Assembly (NCBI GenBank): GCA_963695345.1
Contig: OY968769.1
Location: forward strand, 256,001 to 320,000
Source of the DNA: an uncultured Methanomassiliicoccales archaeon
Lineage (GTDB): Archaea > Thermoplasmatota > Thermoplasmata > Methanomassiliicoccales > UBA472
Length of the DNA stretch: 64,000 nucleotides
Direction: 5' to 3'
This document shows positions 1-11,163 of the stretch, piece by piece. Every line of letters begins with the position of its first letter. Position 1 is the first letter of the stretch. The position numbers were made by a program, and so were the translations under genes. The notes beneath the pieces are model-generated. The model saw only the letters and a program-made list of their open reading frames with translations, did not search any database and had not been told where the DNA came from.

Positions 1-201
1 CAGCCGGCGGCGTTCATCATCCTGCAGCCGGGAGTCAGCATGACCGAGACCGACGTCCAGGACTTCTGCCGCAACAAGATATCCTTCTACAAGATGCCCA
101 AGTACGTGGCATTCGTGGACGAGTACCCGCTGACCGCCAGCGGCAAGATCATGAAGTACAAGCTGAGGGAGCAGTCGGCGGAGCTGTGGCCGGACGCTTG
201 A
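1..201 (+). CDS. C-terminal fragment of an AMP-dependent acyl-CoA synthetase (runs off window start)
   Basis: Frame 1 reads ...FYKMPKYVAFVDEYPLTASGKIMKYKLRE...*, the A10 motif (PxTxSGK) of adenylate-forming enzymes; TGA at 199-201. Confidence 0.85.
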   Translation, partial: QPAAFIILQPGVSMTETDVQDFCRNKISFYKMPKYVAFVDEYPLTASGKIMKYKLREQSAELWPDA

Positions 202-302
202 CGGGGATTCTGAACGGAATCAGGGATTCCGCCAGGATGTCCTCCTGGGCCGGTTGTGGAATCCAAACATTTTTCTCCTTTCCATATTTCTAGGGTCTTC
301 AG

Positions 303-1100
303 ATGCCGCACATGAACGTCGGGGACACCAGGGTGCACTACGAGGTGCATGGCTCAGGAGAACCGCTCCTATTGATCACCGGGCTGTGCGGAGACCTGAC
401 CAGCTGGAAGAAGGCATTGCCATTGCTGGACAGGGAGTTCAAGGTCATCACCATCGATAATCGCGGTGCGGGGAAGACCGAGCACCCGGGACAGCCCTTC
501 TCCATGGAGGACCTGGCCGATGACGCCTCCAGCCTTCTGAAAGGGCTCGGGATCGCCAGGGCGCATGTGCTCGGGGCGTCCATGGGCGGGAATGTCGCTC
601 AGGAGCTGACCCTCCGCCATCCGGAACAGGTTTTCACCCTCACTTTGATGTCCACGTACATGAGGAGGCCGGAGAGGTCAAGCGTGGGCATCGACGCCAT
701 GATCAACACGGTCAAGGAGGGGGCTAGCATCGAGACGTTCCTGACCATGATGCAGGCCTGGTGCTTGACCAACGCGGCCTTCCGGGGCCGGGAGAACGTT
801 TCCCAGAACGACCAGCGCGGCGCTCGGGAAAGGGACCTGGGCCTAGTGGATGGTTTTGCCAGGCAGAAAGCGGCCTTGGACAATTTCGATTCCCATGAGC
901 GGGTCTCGGCGATAACGGTCCCGACGCTGGTGGTGCATGGCAATGAGGACATCATGGTCCCGCCGCGGTTCGGGGAAGAACTCGCCTCGAGAATCGAGGG
1001 TTCGAGATTGGTCCTCCTGGACGGATGCGGGCACATGATCTCGCCAGACCGATATGTCCCGGTATTGCTTGAGTTCTTGCGTGTCCACAAGTTCCAGTGA
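303..1100 (+). CDS. alpha/beta fold hydrolase
   Basis: DNRGAG, nucleophile elbow GASMGG, HGNED and C-terminal GH catalytic His. Confidence 0.9.
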   Translation: MPHMNVGDTRVHYEVHGSGEPLLLITGLCGDLTSWKKALPLLDREFKVITIDNRGAGKTEHPGQPFSMEDLADDASSLLKGLGIARAHVLGASMGGNVAQELTLRHPEQVFTLTLMSTYMRRPERSSVGIDAMINTVKEGASIETFLTMMQAWCLTNAAFRGRENVSQNDQRGARERDLGLVDGFARQKAALDNFDSHERVSAITVPTLVVHGNEDIMVPPRFGEELASRIEGSRLVLLDGCGHMISPDRYVPVLLEFLRVHKFQ

Positions 1101-1358
1101 TCTAGTGCCGATCGCCATCGAGAGAGCCCGTCTCACCTTTTTTTAGAGATACCTGCTTGAACACATGAACCGATAGGGGACCGACCTGGTCAAGGCCAGG
1201 TTCGTTTTCCGAACGCCCTCATTAGCGGGTGCCCAGATGGCGGATCGTTAAGTTCACCATACACGATGAGTTGAAATGAACAATTATCAGGGAAGGGCCG
1301 TGGATGAAGCGATAGTATAAAAAACCAAATCACCAATTCAAATGAAGACCTCTGGACA

Positions 1359-4300
1359 TTGAAACCTCCCAGGCGTAGGGATCTGGAGTCTTGGGTGCGG
1401 GGGAGAACGCATACGGCCGAAGAATCGGGTTTTAGTTTGACATCGATTAGGGATTCCTCAAAGAAGGTTCCATCCAAATGGCAGATCAGGGCAAGCTGGT
1501 CACTGATATTGCTTTTCCTGGTCGCCATTGGAATTCTTGCTGTTCAACGCTACGAATCTGTCTGGAACCCACCAGGGCTTCTGCCGACGCTCAATGTGAT
1601 TTTCATAACATTCTTATCTTACTTGATATCCGCGATTGCCGCTAGAAGCTACCTGGGAAGAGAATCGTTGGCGGTTCTCATGCTGGGATGCGGTATGATC
1701 GCACTCGGGACGGGGGCTTGGATGGCCGCCGCGCTTTCCATCGGTTCATCATCAAACTCGCTGATCTCAGTGTATAACTCGTCAGCGTTGATCGCCGGGA
1801 TCTGTCACCTCTGCAGTGTTGTGGCATTGTCCATGCCTTCGACCAAGGAACGATCACTGGGCAGGTTCGGACTGTTCTTTTTCTATTCCATCATAATCAT
1901 CATCGAAGTGGCCATCGCTATCCTGGTCACCAATGGTTCATGGCCCGCGTTTTTCGTCCCCGGATCGGGCCAGACAGACATCGGCGAAATGGTCCTTTAC
2001 GGCACAATAGTCACCTTCGCACTTTCCACGGTACTTCTGGCGATCAGAAGGCGTGAGGCGGAGCGGGATTTTGCCAATTGGTATTCACTTGGTCTCGGTC
2101 TGATCACTGTTGGGCTGATCGGTGTATCGCTGCAGACCAACCTCGGTGACCCGCTCAATTGGACCGGTCGAATGTCCCAATATGTCGGGACCGTCCTCAT
2201 GCTGATCGCCGTCATTGTTTCGGCCAGGAAGAGCGGTACCTGGTTACTTCCGTTCGAGGGAGCCTTGCGGGAGAGTGAAGACAGATACCAAAGCCTGGTC
2301 ACGCTATCACCGGACGCAATCTTGGTTCAGGTCGATGGCAGGTTCGTTTTCGCCAACCCAGCAGCAGCGAAGTTATTCGGGCTGAAGTCGGCGGAAATGG
2401 TCATCGGAAAAGTGGTGGACGATCTGATCGCGCAGGACAACCGTGTGGAGACCGGCCGCTATCTGGAAAGGATAATGGCCGGAGAACCTCAGCCTCCGCA
2501 TCATTTCATGGTCAAAGGGGTGGATGGTCGTCTTATCGATGCGGAGATAACCAGCTCGAAGGTACAATACGGCAACAGACCTGCCATCCAATCGATCGTC
2601 AGGGATGTCACGGAACGCACGCGTATCGAGCACGAGCGGGACATGGCAGCAGAGTTCCTCCATCTCATCAACGACTGCAAGGACACCCCCGAATTGGTCC
2701 ACAACGCGGTCACCTTTTTCCAGGAACGGTCAGGCTGTGAGGCCGTGGGCATTAGAATCCGCAAAGATGGAGACTATCCATATTATCAAACCAGTGGCTT
2801 CCCGGACAGATTCGTCATGATGGAGAATCATCTATGCGAATACGACACTGGCGGTCGGCCAATTGGATCAGAAGGAAATCCAAGCTTGGCCTGCATGTGT
2901 GGTAACGTTATCCGCGGGAGGTTCGATCCGTCCAAGCCGTTCTTCACCCCGGGTGGATCATTCTGGACGAACAGCACGACAGAACTGCTCGCCAATACCA
3001 CCGAAGCCGAACGCCAGGCTAGAACGAGGGATAGATGCAACGGGGAAGGATACGAATCGGTGGCATTGATCCCCTTGCGGTCTGGAAAAGACACTTTGGG
3101 ATTGATCCAGATGAACGATAGGCGGAAAGACCAGTTCTCGGCCGATATGATCGTTCAGTGGGAACGGATCGTGGGATATCTGACCGTGGCCTTGGCCAAG
3201 TTCCAGTGGGAGGATGCGCTGCGCGAGAGTGAGAGAAAATACCGCGGTTTGTTCCAGAACATGCAGGAGGAGGTCCATTTCTGGAAGTTGGTGCATGACG
3301 ATGATGGTAGGATCGTGACCTGGAGGCTGGTCGATGTCAATCCCCCCACCCTCAAGACCTGGGGAAAGGACCTGAAGGACATCATTGGCAAGACCACGGA
3401 TGAGATATTCGGACCGGGGGCGAAGGACCATTACATGCCCATCGTCAGGAAGGTCTTCGAGGAGAACGAGCCCCATGTCTACGAGGACTACTTCCCGAAC
3501 CTGGACAGATACTTCCATTTCGCCACGATTCCGTTCGGTGAATATTTCATAACGACTGGCATGGACATCTCGGACTTCAAGCGGGCACAACGGCAGACCG
3601 AGGAGGAAAGAGGGCGGCTTCAGGCCATACTCGACAACCTTCCGGTCGGGGTGATCATCGCCGACAAGGACGGAAGGACGACGTTCGCAAACAAATCGAT
3701 GCGACGGATCTGGGGAGGTTCATTGGAGGTGGAAGGCACGGAGCCCGACCCAACAAGGGTGAAGGCGTTATTCTCGGACAGCCTCCTGCCCGTCGATTCC
3801 ATTAACTGGCCCATCATGGAGGCCATGAGTGAGGGCAGGGAATCAACCCCCCGGCTAGTCGATCTCGAAAGCTACGACGGATCGGAGTTCACCCTGCTGG
3901 TGACCGCCGCCCCTCTCCTGGACAAGGACGGCAGCATCATTGGTGGGGTATCGGTCCGCCAGGACGTTACCGGCATGAGGGATACGGAAAAAGCATTGCA
4001 GCGGTCGAACACCGAACTGCAGCAATTCGCCTATGTCGCCAGCCATGACCTGCAGGAGCCGCTGCGCATGGTCCTCAGTTACGTGACGCTGTTGAACAAA
4101 CGTTACGGTGTCGGGCTCGAGGGGGAATCGAAGGAGTTCCTCAATTACATCAATGAGGGCGCAGAACGGATGAGGCAGCTGGTTAACGACCTGCTTCAGT
4201 TCTCAAGGATAGACAAAACGACCGCCCCGTTCACCGATGTGGACATGGATTTGGTCACAGAAAAGGCGATCAGCATACTGCAGGTCGCCGTAGAGGAAGG

Positions 4301-4688
4301 CGGGGTCAAACTCGAAATCGGAACCCTGCCATCGGTGAAGGCGGATGCTTCTCAGATGCTGCAGGTGATGCAGAACCTCATAAGCAACGCCATCAAGTTC
4401 CGAAGCAAAGAGAATCCGATTGTGAAAGTATCCTCCACCCAGAACTTCAAGGAGTGGACAATATCGGTCCAGGACAACGGCATCGGCATAGACCCGAAAT
4501 ACTACGAGAGGTTGTTCCAGATGTTCCAAAGGCTCCACACCAGGGAGGAATACGAGGGGACCGGGATAGGATTGGCGATCTGCAAGAAGATCGTTGACCG
4601 ACACGGCGGAAGGATATGGGTCGAGTCCAGGGAGGGAAAGGGGGCCACTTTCTTCTTCACCCTGCCGAAGGCGGGACCGAAGCAGTAG
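1359..4688 (+). CDS. membrane-bound PAS/GAF sensor histidine kinase (start uncertain)
   Basis: About 8 N-terminal TM segments, PAS repeats, Cys-containing GAF, H-box SHDLQEPL, N-box NAIKF, G-boxes DNGIG and GTGIGL. Confidence 0.9.
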   Translation: MKPPRRRDLESWVRGRTHTAEESGFSLTSIRDSSKKVPSKWQIRASWSLILLFLVAIGILAVQRYESVWNPPGLLPTLNVIFITFLSYLISAIAARSYLGRESLAVLMLGCGMIALGTGAWMAAALSIGSSSNSLISVYNSSALIAGICHLCSVVALSMPSTKERSLGRFGLFFFYSIIIIIEVAIAILVTNGSWPAFFVPGSGQTDIGEMVLYGTIVTFALSTVLLAIRRREAERDFANWYSLGLGLITVGLIGVSLQTNLGDPLNWTGRMSQYVGTVLMLIAVIVSARKSGTWLLPFEGALRESEDRYQSLVTLSPDAILVQVDGRFVFANPAAAKLFGLKSAEMVIGKVVDDLIAQDNRVETGRYLERIMAGEPQPPHHFMVKGVDGRLIDAEITSSKVQYGNRPAIQSIVRDVTERTRIEHERDMAAEFLHLINDCKDTPELVHNAVTFFQERSGCEAVGIRIRKDGDYPYYQTSGFPDRFVMMENHLCEYDTGGRPIGSEGNPSLACMCGNVIRGRFDPSKPFFTPGGSFWTNSTTELLANTTEAERQARTRDRCNGEGYESVALIPLRSGKDTLGLIQMNDRRKDQFSADMIVQWERIVGYLTVALAKFQWEDALRESERKYRGLFQNMQEEVHFWKLVHDDDGRIVTWRLVDVNPPTLKTWGKDLKDIIGKTTDEIFGPGAKDHYMPIVRKVFEENEPHVYEDYFPNLDRYFHFATIPFGEYFITTGMDISDFKRAQRQTEEERGRLQAILDNLPVGVIIADKDGRTTFANKSMRRIWGGSLEVEGTEPDPTRVKALFSDSLLPVDSINWPIMEAMSEGRESTPRLVDLESYDGSEFTLLVTAAPLLDKDGSIIGGVSVRQDVTGMRDTEKALQRSNTELQQFAYVASHDLQEPLRMVLSYVTLLNKRYGVGLEGESKEFLNYINEGAERMRQLVNDLLQFSRIDKTTAPFTDVDMDLVTEKAISILQVAVEEGGVKLEIGTLPSVKADASQMLQVMQNLISNAIKFRSKENPIVKVSSTQNFKEWTISVQDNGIGIDPKYYERLFQMFQRLHTREEYEGTGIGLAICKKIVDRHGGRIWVESREGKGATFFFTLPKAGPKQ

Positions 4689-4764
4689 ACACCGACCGAT
4701 ATGGGCGGGAGCGAATTCTGTCGAGACCGTCCGACCCCTGCATACATACGTTTTCTCATTCCGC

Positions 4765-5691
4765 CTATTTTCCCATGATCGTGCCGAGCAGACCGCGATT
4801 ATCCCCTCGATCGTCCAGCCTTTCCGTCCTGAAGGCCATATATCCGAACCCGAGGAAGATCGCCATCATGGCTGATCCGAGGGCCGCCCCTCCTGAGGCA
4901 TCGAACAGTGAAGGGTTGTAGACACTGGCGAAATCTTCCGGGGCAAGACCCATGGCCACGTAGGTCCCTTGGGTCAGGACCAGGGGGTTCGCCAGGTCCA
5001 TCGTCAGGAATAGAGACGGGATGAATTCCGTGGCGTTATTGACAGCAACGTGTTGATTGGCCTTGTACGCCTCGCTCCCCCCCATCGACAGGCTCATGCT
5101 GAACATCGAGGTCACCAGGAAGAAAAGGAATATCGCCAGGATGATCGGCACGGCTTTCTTGCTGGTCACCGTCGCCAAGAACAGCCCGAGGGCTGCGAAT
5201 ACCAGCAGAATGATCGCCGGGAACAGCAAAGAGGCGAGCAACGCATCCACCCCCAGTGTCGGCATGTCCATCATGGCAAAGGCGATAAGATAGGCGACGA
5301 AGGACACCGCCACCGCGATCGCTACCATCATTGTGAGAACGATGAACTTGCTGGCAAAGAACCTCTTCTTGTCACATCCGCTGGTCAGGATGTACCGGAG
5401 CATTCCGGTGTCCTTCTCCGCGGTCATGGCGAGCGAACCGGCCACGATGAATATCGCCGAATCGATCGCAAGCAGCATGGTCCAATACTGCCCCAGATTG
5501 ACCTTCTGCTGGATGACGAGCGAGGCGGAGGTTACGATGGGAGTGCCCTGGGTGCTTGCTACGTAACTTGAGCATGACTGCACCGCCATGATGAAAGCCA
5601 CGGCCGCCAGCGCCACAATCAGGAATACGAACCGGGCGTCGGTGGACAGGAGCTTCAGGTCCTTCCTTACCTGGATCAGCAATTGCCTCAT
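4765..5691 (-). CDS. ABC-2 type transporter permease
   Basis: Multiple TM helices, EKDTGML...SK motif, overlaps the ATPase stop. Confidence 0.85.
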   Translation of the reverse strand: MRQLLIQVRKDLKLLSTDARFVFLIVALAAVAFIMAVQSCSSYVASTQGTPIVTSASLVIQQKVNLGQYWTMLLAIDSAIFIVAGSLAMTAEKDTGMLRYILTSGCDKKRFFASKFIVLTMMVAIAVAVSFVAYLIAFAMMDMPTLGVDALLASLLFPAIILLVFAALGLFLATVTSKKAVPIILAIFLFFLVTSMFSMSLSMGGSEAYKANQHVAVNNATEFIPSLFLTMDLANPLVLTQGTYVAMGLAPEDFASVYNPSLFDASGGAALGSAMMAIFLGFGYMAFRTERLDDRGDNRGLLGTIMGK

Positions 5692-6584
5692 CTTTCACCC
5701 TCCATGATGATCTCGGTGTACATGTCCTCGGCCTTCCGCTGCACGATCTTGGTCTCGACGATCCGGCCTCCGGCATATACTATGGAGGAGACCAGGTCCG
5801 GGATCTGCGGCCGTTCCAATTCGATCAGCAAGTCCCTTCCGTCCGGGGAGACGGTCAGCAGCTTTCTTCCGGAAACGGCGTCCAGCAATGCTTGGCTCGG
5901 ATTCTCCACGGTTATCTGTACGTTCAGCAGGTTCCCCTGCCTCTGATAGCCCTCCTTTCCGACGATCCTGCCGGATTTGATGAAGATGATGGAGTCGCAG
6001 ACCTGGTCTATCTCGTAAAGCTCGTGCGACGACAGCAATATGGAGATGTCCTGTTCCCTCAGGGTCTTGAGGGACCTCCTGATGTCGATCATCGCCGTCG
6101 GGTCAAGTCCGGAGAACGGTTCGTCCATCAATAGGACGCGCGGATGGTGCATGATCGACCGGGCAATGGCCAATCGCTGCTTCATGCCCTTCGAGAAATC
6201 CCCTACGAAATCATCCGCCCGGTCGCCCAGGCCGAAGATCTCCAATCCATTCCTGACCGCCTCTTCCGGATCCCTCAACTGGTATAGCCTGGCGAAATAG
6301 AGTAGATTGTAGTGCGCGCTCAGGTCCTCGAAGAAGGTGGGCCTTTCCGGAACGTATCCGAAGTCCGGACGACCGTCCCCTGTGGCGAGCCTTACGCTCC
6401 CTCCATTCCCCCGTTCTATTCCCATGATGATCTTGATCAGAGAGCTTTTTCCGGCGCCGTTCGGTCCGACCAGGCCGCATATCTCCTTGCGGCCGAGACG
6501 GAAGGAGGCCCGGTCCAATGCATGGACGTTCCGGGTCGTGAACCGGTTCCCATACGTCTTGGAGATGTCCTCCACGGTGAGCAC
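5688..6584 (-). CDS. ABC transporter ATP-binding protein (start uncertain)
   Basis: Walker A GPNGAGKS, signature FSKGMKQR, Walker B LLMDEP, SSH switch. Confidence 0.9.
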   Translation of the reverse strand: MLTVEDISKTYGNRFTTRNVHALDRASFRLGRKEICGLVGPNGAGKSSLIKIIMGIERGNGGSVRLATGDGRPDFGYVPERPTFFEDLSAHYNLLYFARLYQLRDPEEAVRNGLEIFGLGDRADDFVGDFSKGMKQRLAIARSIMHHPRVLLMDEPFSGLDPTAMIDIRRSLKTLREQDISILLSSHELYEIDQVCDSIIFIKSGRIVGKEGYQRQGNLLNVQITVENPSQALLDAVSGRKLLTVSPDGRDLLIELERPQIPDLVSSIVYAGGRIVETKIVQRKAEDMYTEIIMEGER

Positions 6585-6600
6585 CGTTCCGTCGTCAGAT

Positions 6601-7539
6601 TCAATAGTAGTAGAAGTACTGAGGACTATCGTACCACCCCCCGTTGATATGGTAGTCCCATCTGTCGAAAGTATAGTTCCCCCAGGCCGTATCGATCCAC
6701 CCGGCCAGGTGGTATATCTGCATTTCAGACTGGACATACCCCATCTCTGCAATGGTCAGGCTGTGGCTCCCGCCGGGAGTGAGGTCGAACTCGGCCTGGC
6801 TGTAAGAACCGTTCTCAATACCGCTGGTCATGCCATTGATGGACCAGGTGAAGTTGCAGTGGGATACGCCGCTCAGGGAGGCGGGCGCGGAAAAGGTGAC
6901 ATCATAGTTCACCATGGACCCGTTCATGGTGGGAACCGATGTCATCTTGAGGGAGTCCAGGAAGAATATGGCGTTCCGATCGAGCTGGAACTTGACCGGA
7001 TGACCGGACAGCGGCGTGAACTGCGGATAGATCAGATAGTAACCGCCCAGGGCCTTGCTGTAGGTGACCGAGGGGTTGGAATTTTGGTGGGCCGTGTCAT
7101 AGGTGAAATGTATTTGCGTTCCGTTCCAGCTGAGTGATTTCGTTCCGTCGCTGCTATTGAAATAATCGAACAGAACCATCATGTCCCGGTTGTCCCAGGA
7201 ACTGATCTTATCCATCATCTTCCGGTCTTGGATTATCTGATCTGGATCAACGTTGTCAGGGATGTGCACGATATGGACTGAGCCTACGGCGATACCGTAT
7301 GACATGCCATAGCCGCTATCGATCCCGCTGGTGCTGAATTCCACTCCCGGGGTCATCGGGACGAAACTGAAGGATACGTTCTCCCCCTCGGCGAATGTGG
7401 TCTTGTCGGCCTTCACCGATACGTAGGCGATCCTGCCCCCTTGCGCATACTGCGATAGCATGGACACAAGGACCGCCGTCACGATCAGCATGACAACTAC
7501 GATCAATGCAACGTATTGTCTCTTAAGCCTCAATCCCAC
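6601..7539 (-). CDS. membrane-anchored extracellular beta-rich hypothetical protein, first gene of the ABC operon
   Basis: Basic N-terminus and single TM, then an S/T/G/N-rich Ig-like sequence; co-directional and adjacent to the ABC genes. Confidence 0.7.
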   Translation of the reverse strand: MGLRLKRQYVALIVVVMLIVTAVLVSMLSQYAQGGRIAYVSVKADKTTFAEGENVSFSFVPMTPGVEFSTSGIDSGYGMSYGIAVGSVHIVHIPDNVDPDQIIQDRKMMDKISSWDNRDMMVLFDYFNSSDGTKSLSWNGTQIHFTYDTAHQNSNPSVTYSKALGGYYLIYPQFTPLSGHPVKFQLDRNAIFFLDSLKMTSVPTMNGSMVNYDVTFSAPASLSGVSHCNFTWSINGMTSGIENGSYSQAEFDLTPGGSHSLTIAEMGYVQSEMQIYHLAGWIDTAWGNYTFDRWDYHINGGWYDSPQYFYYY

Positions 7540-7644
7540 ACCTTCTCATTTACGCTGGAGTTCCAGCACTTCCCCGGCGATGAGCAGTTTGCTGAATATT
7601 AAAAGATACGGCGCGATTCAGGATTGGAGAATTGGAAAACGGTT

Positions 7645-8914
7645 TCAAGGCAATTGTGCCTTCTCGTATCCCTTGGTCACGCCCAACGGCTTGGTGGCAT
7701 CGATGGCGATCTTGGACGTGGTCCCGTCCGCGCTCGGGTCCAGCGATGAACCGGCGGCGTTGTTCACGACCATCAGTCCGCGGGAGGCCTGGAACCTGGT
7801 CGCCTCGGCCCACTCGACGTCCTGGTCGTTGAAGATGTCCACGTCCTTGTCGACGATGGTCACCTTCTTCATGGACGGATGACCGGTGAAAGCGGCCATG
7901 GCGGCGTTCATGGCATCCCCCTCCTTGTTCTTGGTGATCGAGACAACCCCGTGCAGCCAGCAGCATCCTCCTTCGGTAAGCCTCACGCCATGGACCTGCG
8001 GCACCACCTGGCGGATGGTCTTGAACATGACCGGCTCGCGGGGCAGGCCCATCAGCATGAAATGCTCCAATCCGCCCGGAAGGACGACATGCAGGATCGG
8101 GTCCTTCTGGTGATAGATCTTGTCGACGGCGAAGACCGGCTGTTTTCGGACATCGTCATAGGTGCCGGTTATGTCCACGAACGGCCCCTCGTCGACCTTG
8201 TCCATGGTGAGGCGGCCCTCGAAGACATACTCGGAATATGCGGGCACCATCAGCCCCTTGTCGGTCGGGGAAACGGCCACCGGCTCACCCATGCAGGCGT
8301 TCCTCATGGATGCGGCGATCTCCATCTCATCAAGCGCATAATCGGTGGATGTGGCGGCGGCGAGCAGGACGGAGGGGCATACGCCGACGCAGAACGCGAC
8401 CGGCAGGTCCTTGCCCTTTCTCCAGGCTCAGCTTGTGCATGGTGAACAGATGGCGGGGGACGAGCCTGATGGCGAACCGATGCTCGTCCAGGACCATGAG
8501 CCGGTGGAAGGACACGTTCTTCTTGCCCTCGAACTCGGAAACGGCGACACCGGCGGTGATGTACCGCCCCCCGTCCTTGGGATAGAACTGAGGGATAGGT
8601 AGTTTGGTTAAATCGAATTTCTCCATCTCGACCTGGCGGAACGCCGGGTCATCGATCTCCTTTGGCTTCGCCGGATTTGAGATCGATTCGATCATCTTGG
8701 GAAGGAGTTCCTCCTTGGCGATGCCCAGGCCGGAGGCTATCCGTGCGCGGTCGCTCCAAAGGTTTCCTGCGACCTTGCCACCGTTCACGTCGTTGAACAA
8801 TACCGGGACCTTCTGGTTCTCCAATAGCGTTCGGGTCAGCCCCAGGTCTGGCGAGCGCGGCTCGTCCACCCGCATGACGTCCTTCATACCCTTCAGGAGA
8901 CCCCTGATTGACAT
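7645..8914 (-). CDS. UbiD family decarboxylase (possibly anhydromevalonate phosphate decarboxylase); one apparent frameshift near 8418
   Basis: DGGRYITAG, SFHR, EGPFVDITG, GSSLDPS and KIAIDAT motifs; ORFs 8330-9016 and 7645-8325 join with one indel. Confidence 0.85.
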
Positions 8915-9093
8915 GAACGGGTGATTCCCTTCCCGATTAATAAGCAATAGCAAACGCACTAGCTCGGGTTCACGATAGCAAGGGACGATCGGGAACCGCC
9001 AGGCGAATAAGGACAAAGACGGGCGGATACATGGTCACCGCCGGCGATCCTGAACTTGGAGGTTCAAGAAAAGCGGGCTGGACCGTAAGTCCT

Positions 9094-10864
9094 TCAGTGC
9101 TCCTCGTCGTCCTCAAAACCCTTCCATCGTTCCCTGTGCCGGTACAGTGGATTGCCTGGGTTGGACTGGTCGCCGGTCGGGATGGCCCTGAGCTCCGGCA
9201 TCTTCATCGAATCGTCACAGGAATGATGGTGGACCATCTTCATCAGATAGATGAACCAGGAGACATAAGCTATCGAAATGATGAACACCGAGGGCCAGAA
9301 GATGATCATGACGAACGCGTCGGTGGCGATCATGATCATTGACAGGCTTATCACCGAAGCGATGTAGTGGGATATCTTGTTCGCCATTTCCGTATATGGT
9401 CCCGAGATTGGAATAGTCGATCTTCCTGACCACCTTGTCGACCTGCGGGCGGAGAACGAACCAGGCTATCGCACACGCCCCCAAGGAGACAAGGAAGGCC
9501 GCCAGACGGAGGACGCCAGTCAGGGAAAGGATCGACAATAGGGATATCAGGTAGAGTGAGAGGGAAAGTAACATGCCCTTAGGCATACTGAAAGAGCGTA
9601 GACCACCCGGCAGTATCATCTTCCCCACGGTGCGGGAGAAGATGGCGCCCCCGTAGGACAGATACCGGGGCATGCGCTTCGCCGCCTTGTCCGCGAGGAC
9701 ATAGCTGTTCTTGATGAAGAAGGGGCAGAGGACCGACATGACAAAGGTTATCGCTCCGGCGATGGGATACAGCTCAGCCCCCTTGGTCGCGCTGGCGGCC
9801 TTGCTCCCCACCGTGGCGTACATAACCGATTCTCCGCCCCGGGCACTGAAGGAAGAACCGATGGAGACCGCCTCCCTTCTGGGGAAACCGACCAGATACG
9901 CCACTATGGACATGATGATGATCTCATCCACGAGGATTATCACGACCGCGATTACTATGATCGACCAGACCGATCCGAACATCGCGGGGTTGATGAACAT
10001 GCCGAACGACACGAAGAATATGGCAACGAACGCGTCACGTAATGGAGCGATCTTTCGATCCAGCCGTTTTGTGACCCGGGTCTCGGCAAAGGTGATCCCG
10101 ATAAAGAACGCACCTATCAGAGAGGGCACGCCGCAGTATTCCGCTATGCCCGCGGTCAGGGCGATGATCCCGAGCATGAAAAGAACGAACATCTCATCGC
10201 TCTTCATCTTGTCCAGACGTTTTACCACATAGGGGATGACGACCGCGGCCATGACCGCGAAGAACACGAAGAAGGCGGCCATACCGATGATCATGCTCGT
10301 CGGGGAGAATGACGCCCCTTTGATCAGCAGGCCGCCGACCAGCGTCAGGAACAGCATGGAGATGAATTCCTCTAGGATTATCATGCCCAACATGAACTCG
10401 GTCTCCGGTTTATCCAGCCTTCCGAGATCGACAAGGGTCTTCATCGCCACTGCGGAGCAGCTCATCGAGAGGACCGCCGCCAGGAATATCGAATCGACCA
10501 GTCCCCACCCCAGCCAGGCGGCGAGCAGGAATCCGGTGAAGAGGTTGAGCCCCACGTCTATCAGGGAGAGCACCACCGCCGGACCCTTGACCCTCTTGAT
10601 CTTGTCGATCGAGAATTCTAGACCGACAAAGAAGATGAGAAGGATGATCCCAAGCTGGGAGAAAAGATCTATCAGACCGGTCTCGTGCACCACTCCGGTG
10701 TACACGATCGGACCCAGCTCGATGTACATGTAGGGGCCGATCAGGGCGCCTGCGATAATGTAACCTAATATGGCACTTTGCTTCAACTTTGTAGCGATAG
10801 TGGCGCCTATGAATGCCACCAGCAATATCATTCCTATTTCGATTAGCAGCTCGACGTCGGCCAT
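9094..10864 (-). CDS. cation:proton antiporter (CPA2/KefB-like) with extra C-terminal TM segments; apparent frameshift near 9390
   Basis: GYIIAGALIGP, FFVGLEFS, GAFFIG, RDAFVAIFFVSFG and RGGES motifs; C-terminus continues in ORF 9094-9387. Confidence 0.85.
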
Positions 10865-11163
10865 ATGTTCCCGCCAGACCGGACCAATGCCTGGCCACCG
10901 ACCCACGGGGATCGCCGGAATGGATTCCGTTCCACGATCCTGTGAATTTAGGTGAAGAGGTGATTTCCCATAACCTCTTTCAGCGCATCCCGATTGACAT
11001 ATCAGTTACAGGTTTATGAAGGTTACAGAGGAAATGACCTTCTGTGGATTGACCCCAGTCGACCTGACTGAGTTCATGACGTGGTCCCGGGCTAGGGGCA
11101 CAGACCCACAGAACGTCTTGCCAGCGAAAGATAGAATATGACCATCCCTCATTCTCAGGGCGT

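Noticed and set aside
10866-10990. Assignment of the antiporter leader to the c-di-AMP or fluoride riboswitch
   Set aside because: Only GCGCUGAA resembles the c-di-AMP motif start. The other conserved blocks are absent, so it is kept only as an unassigned structured leader.
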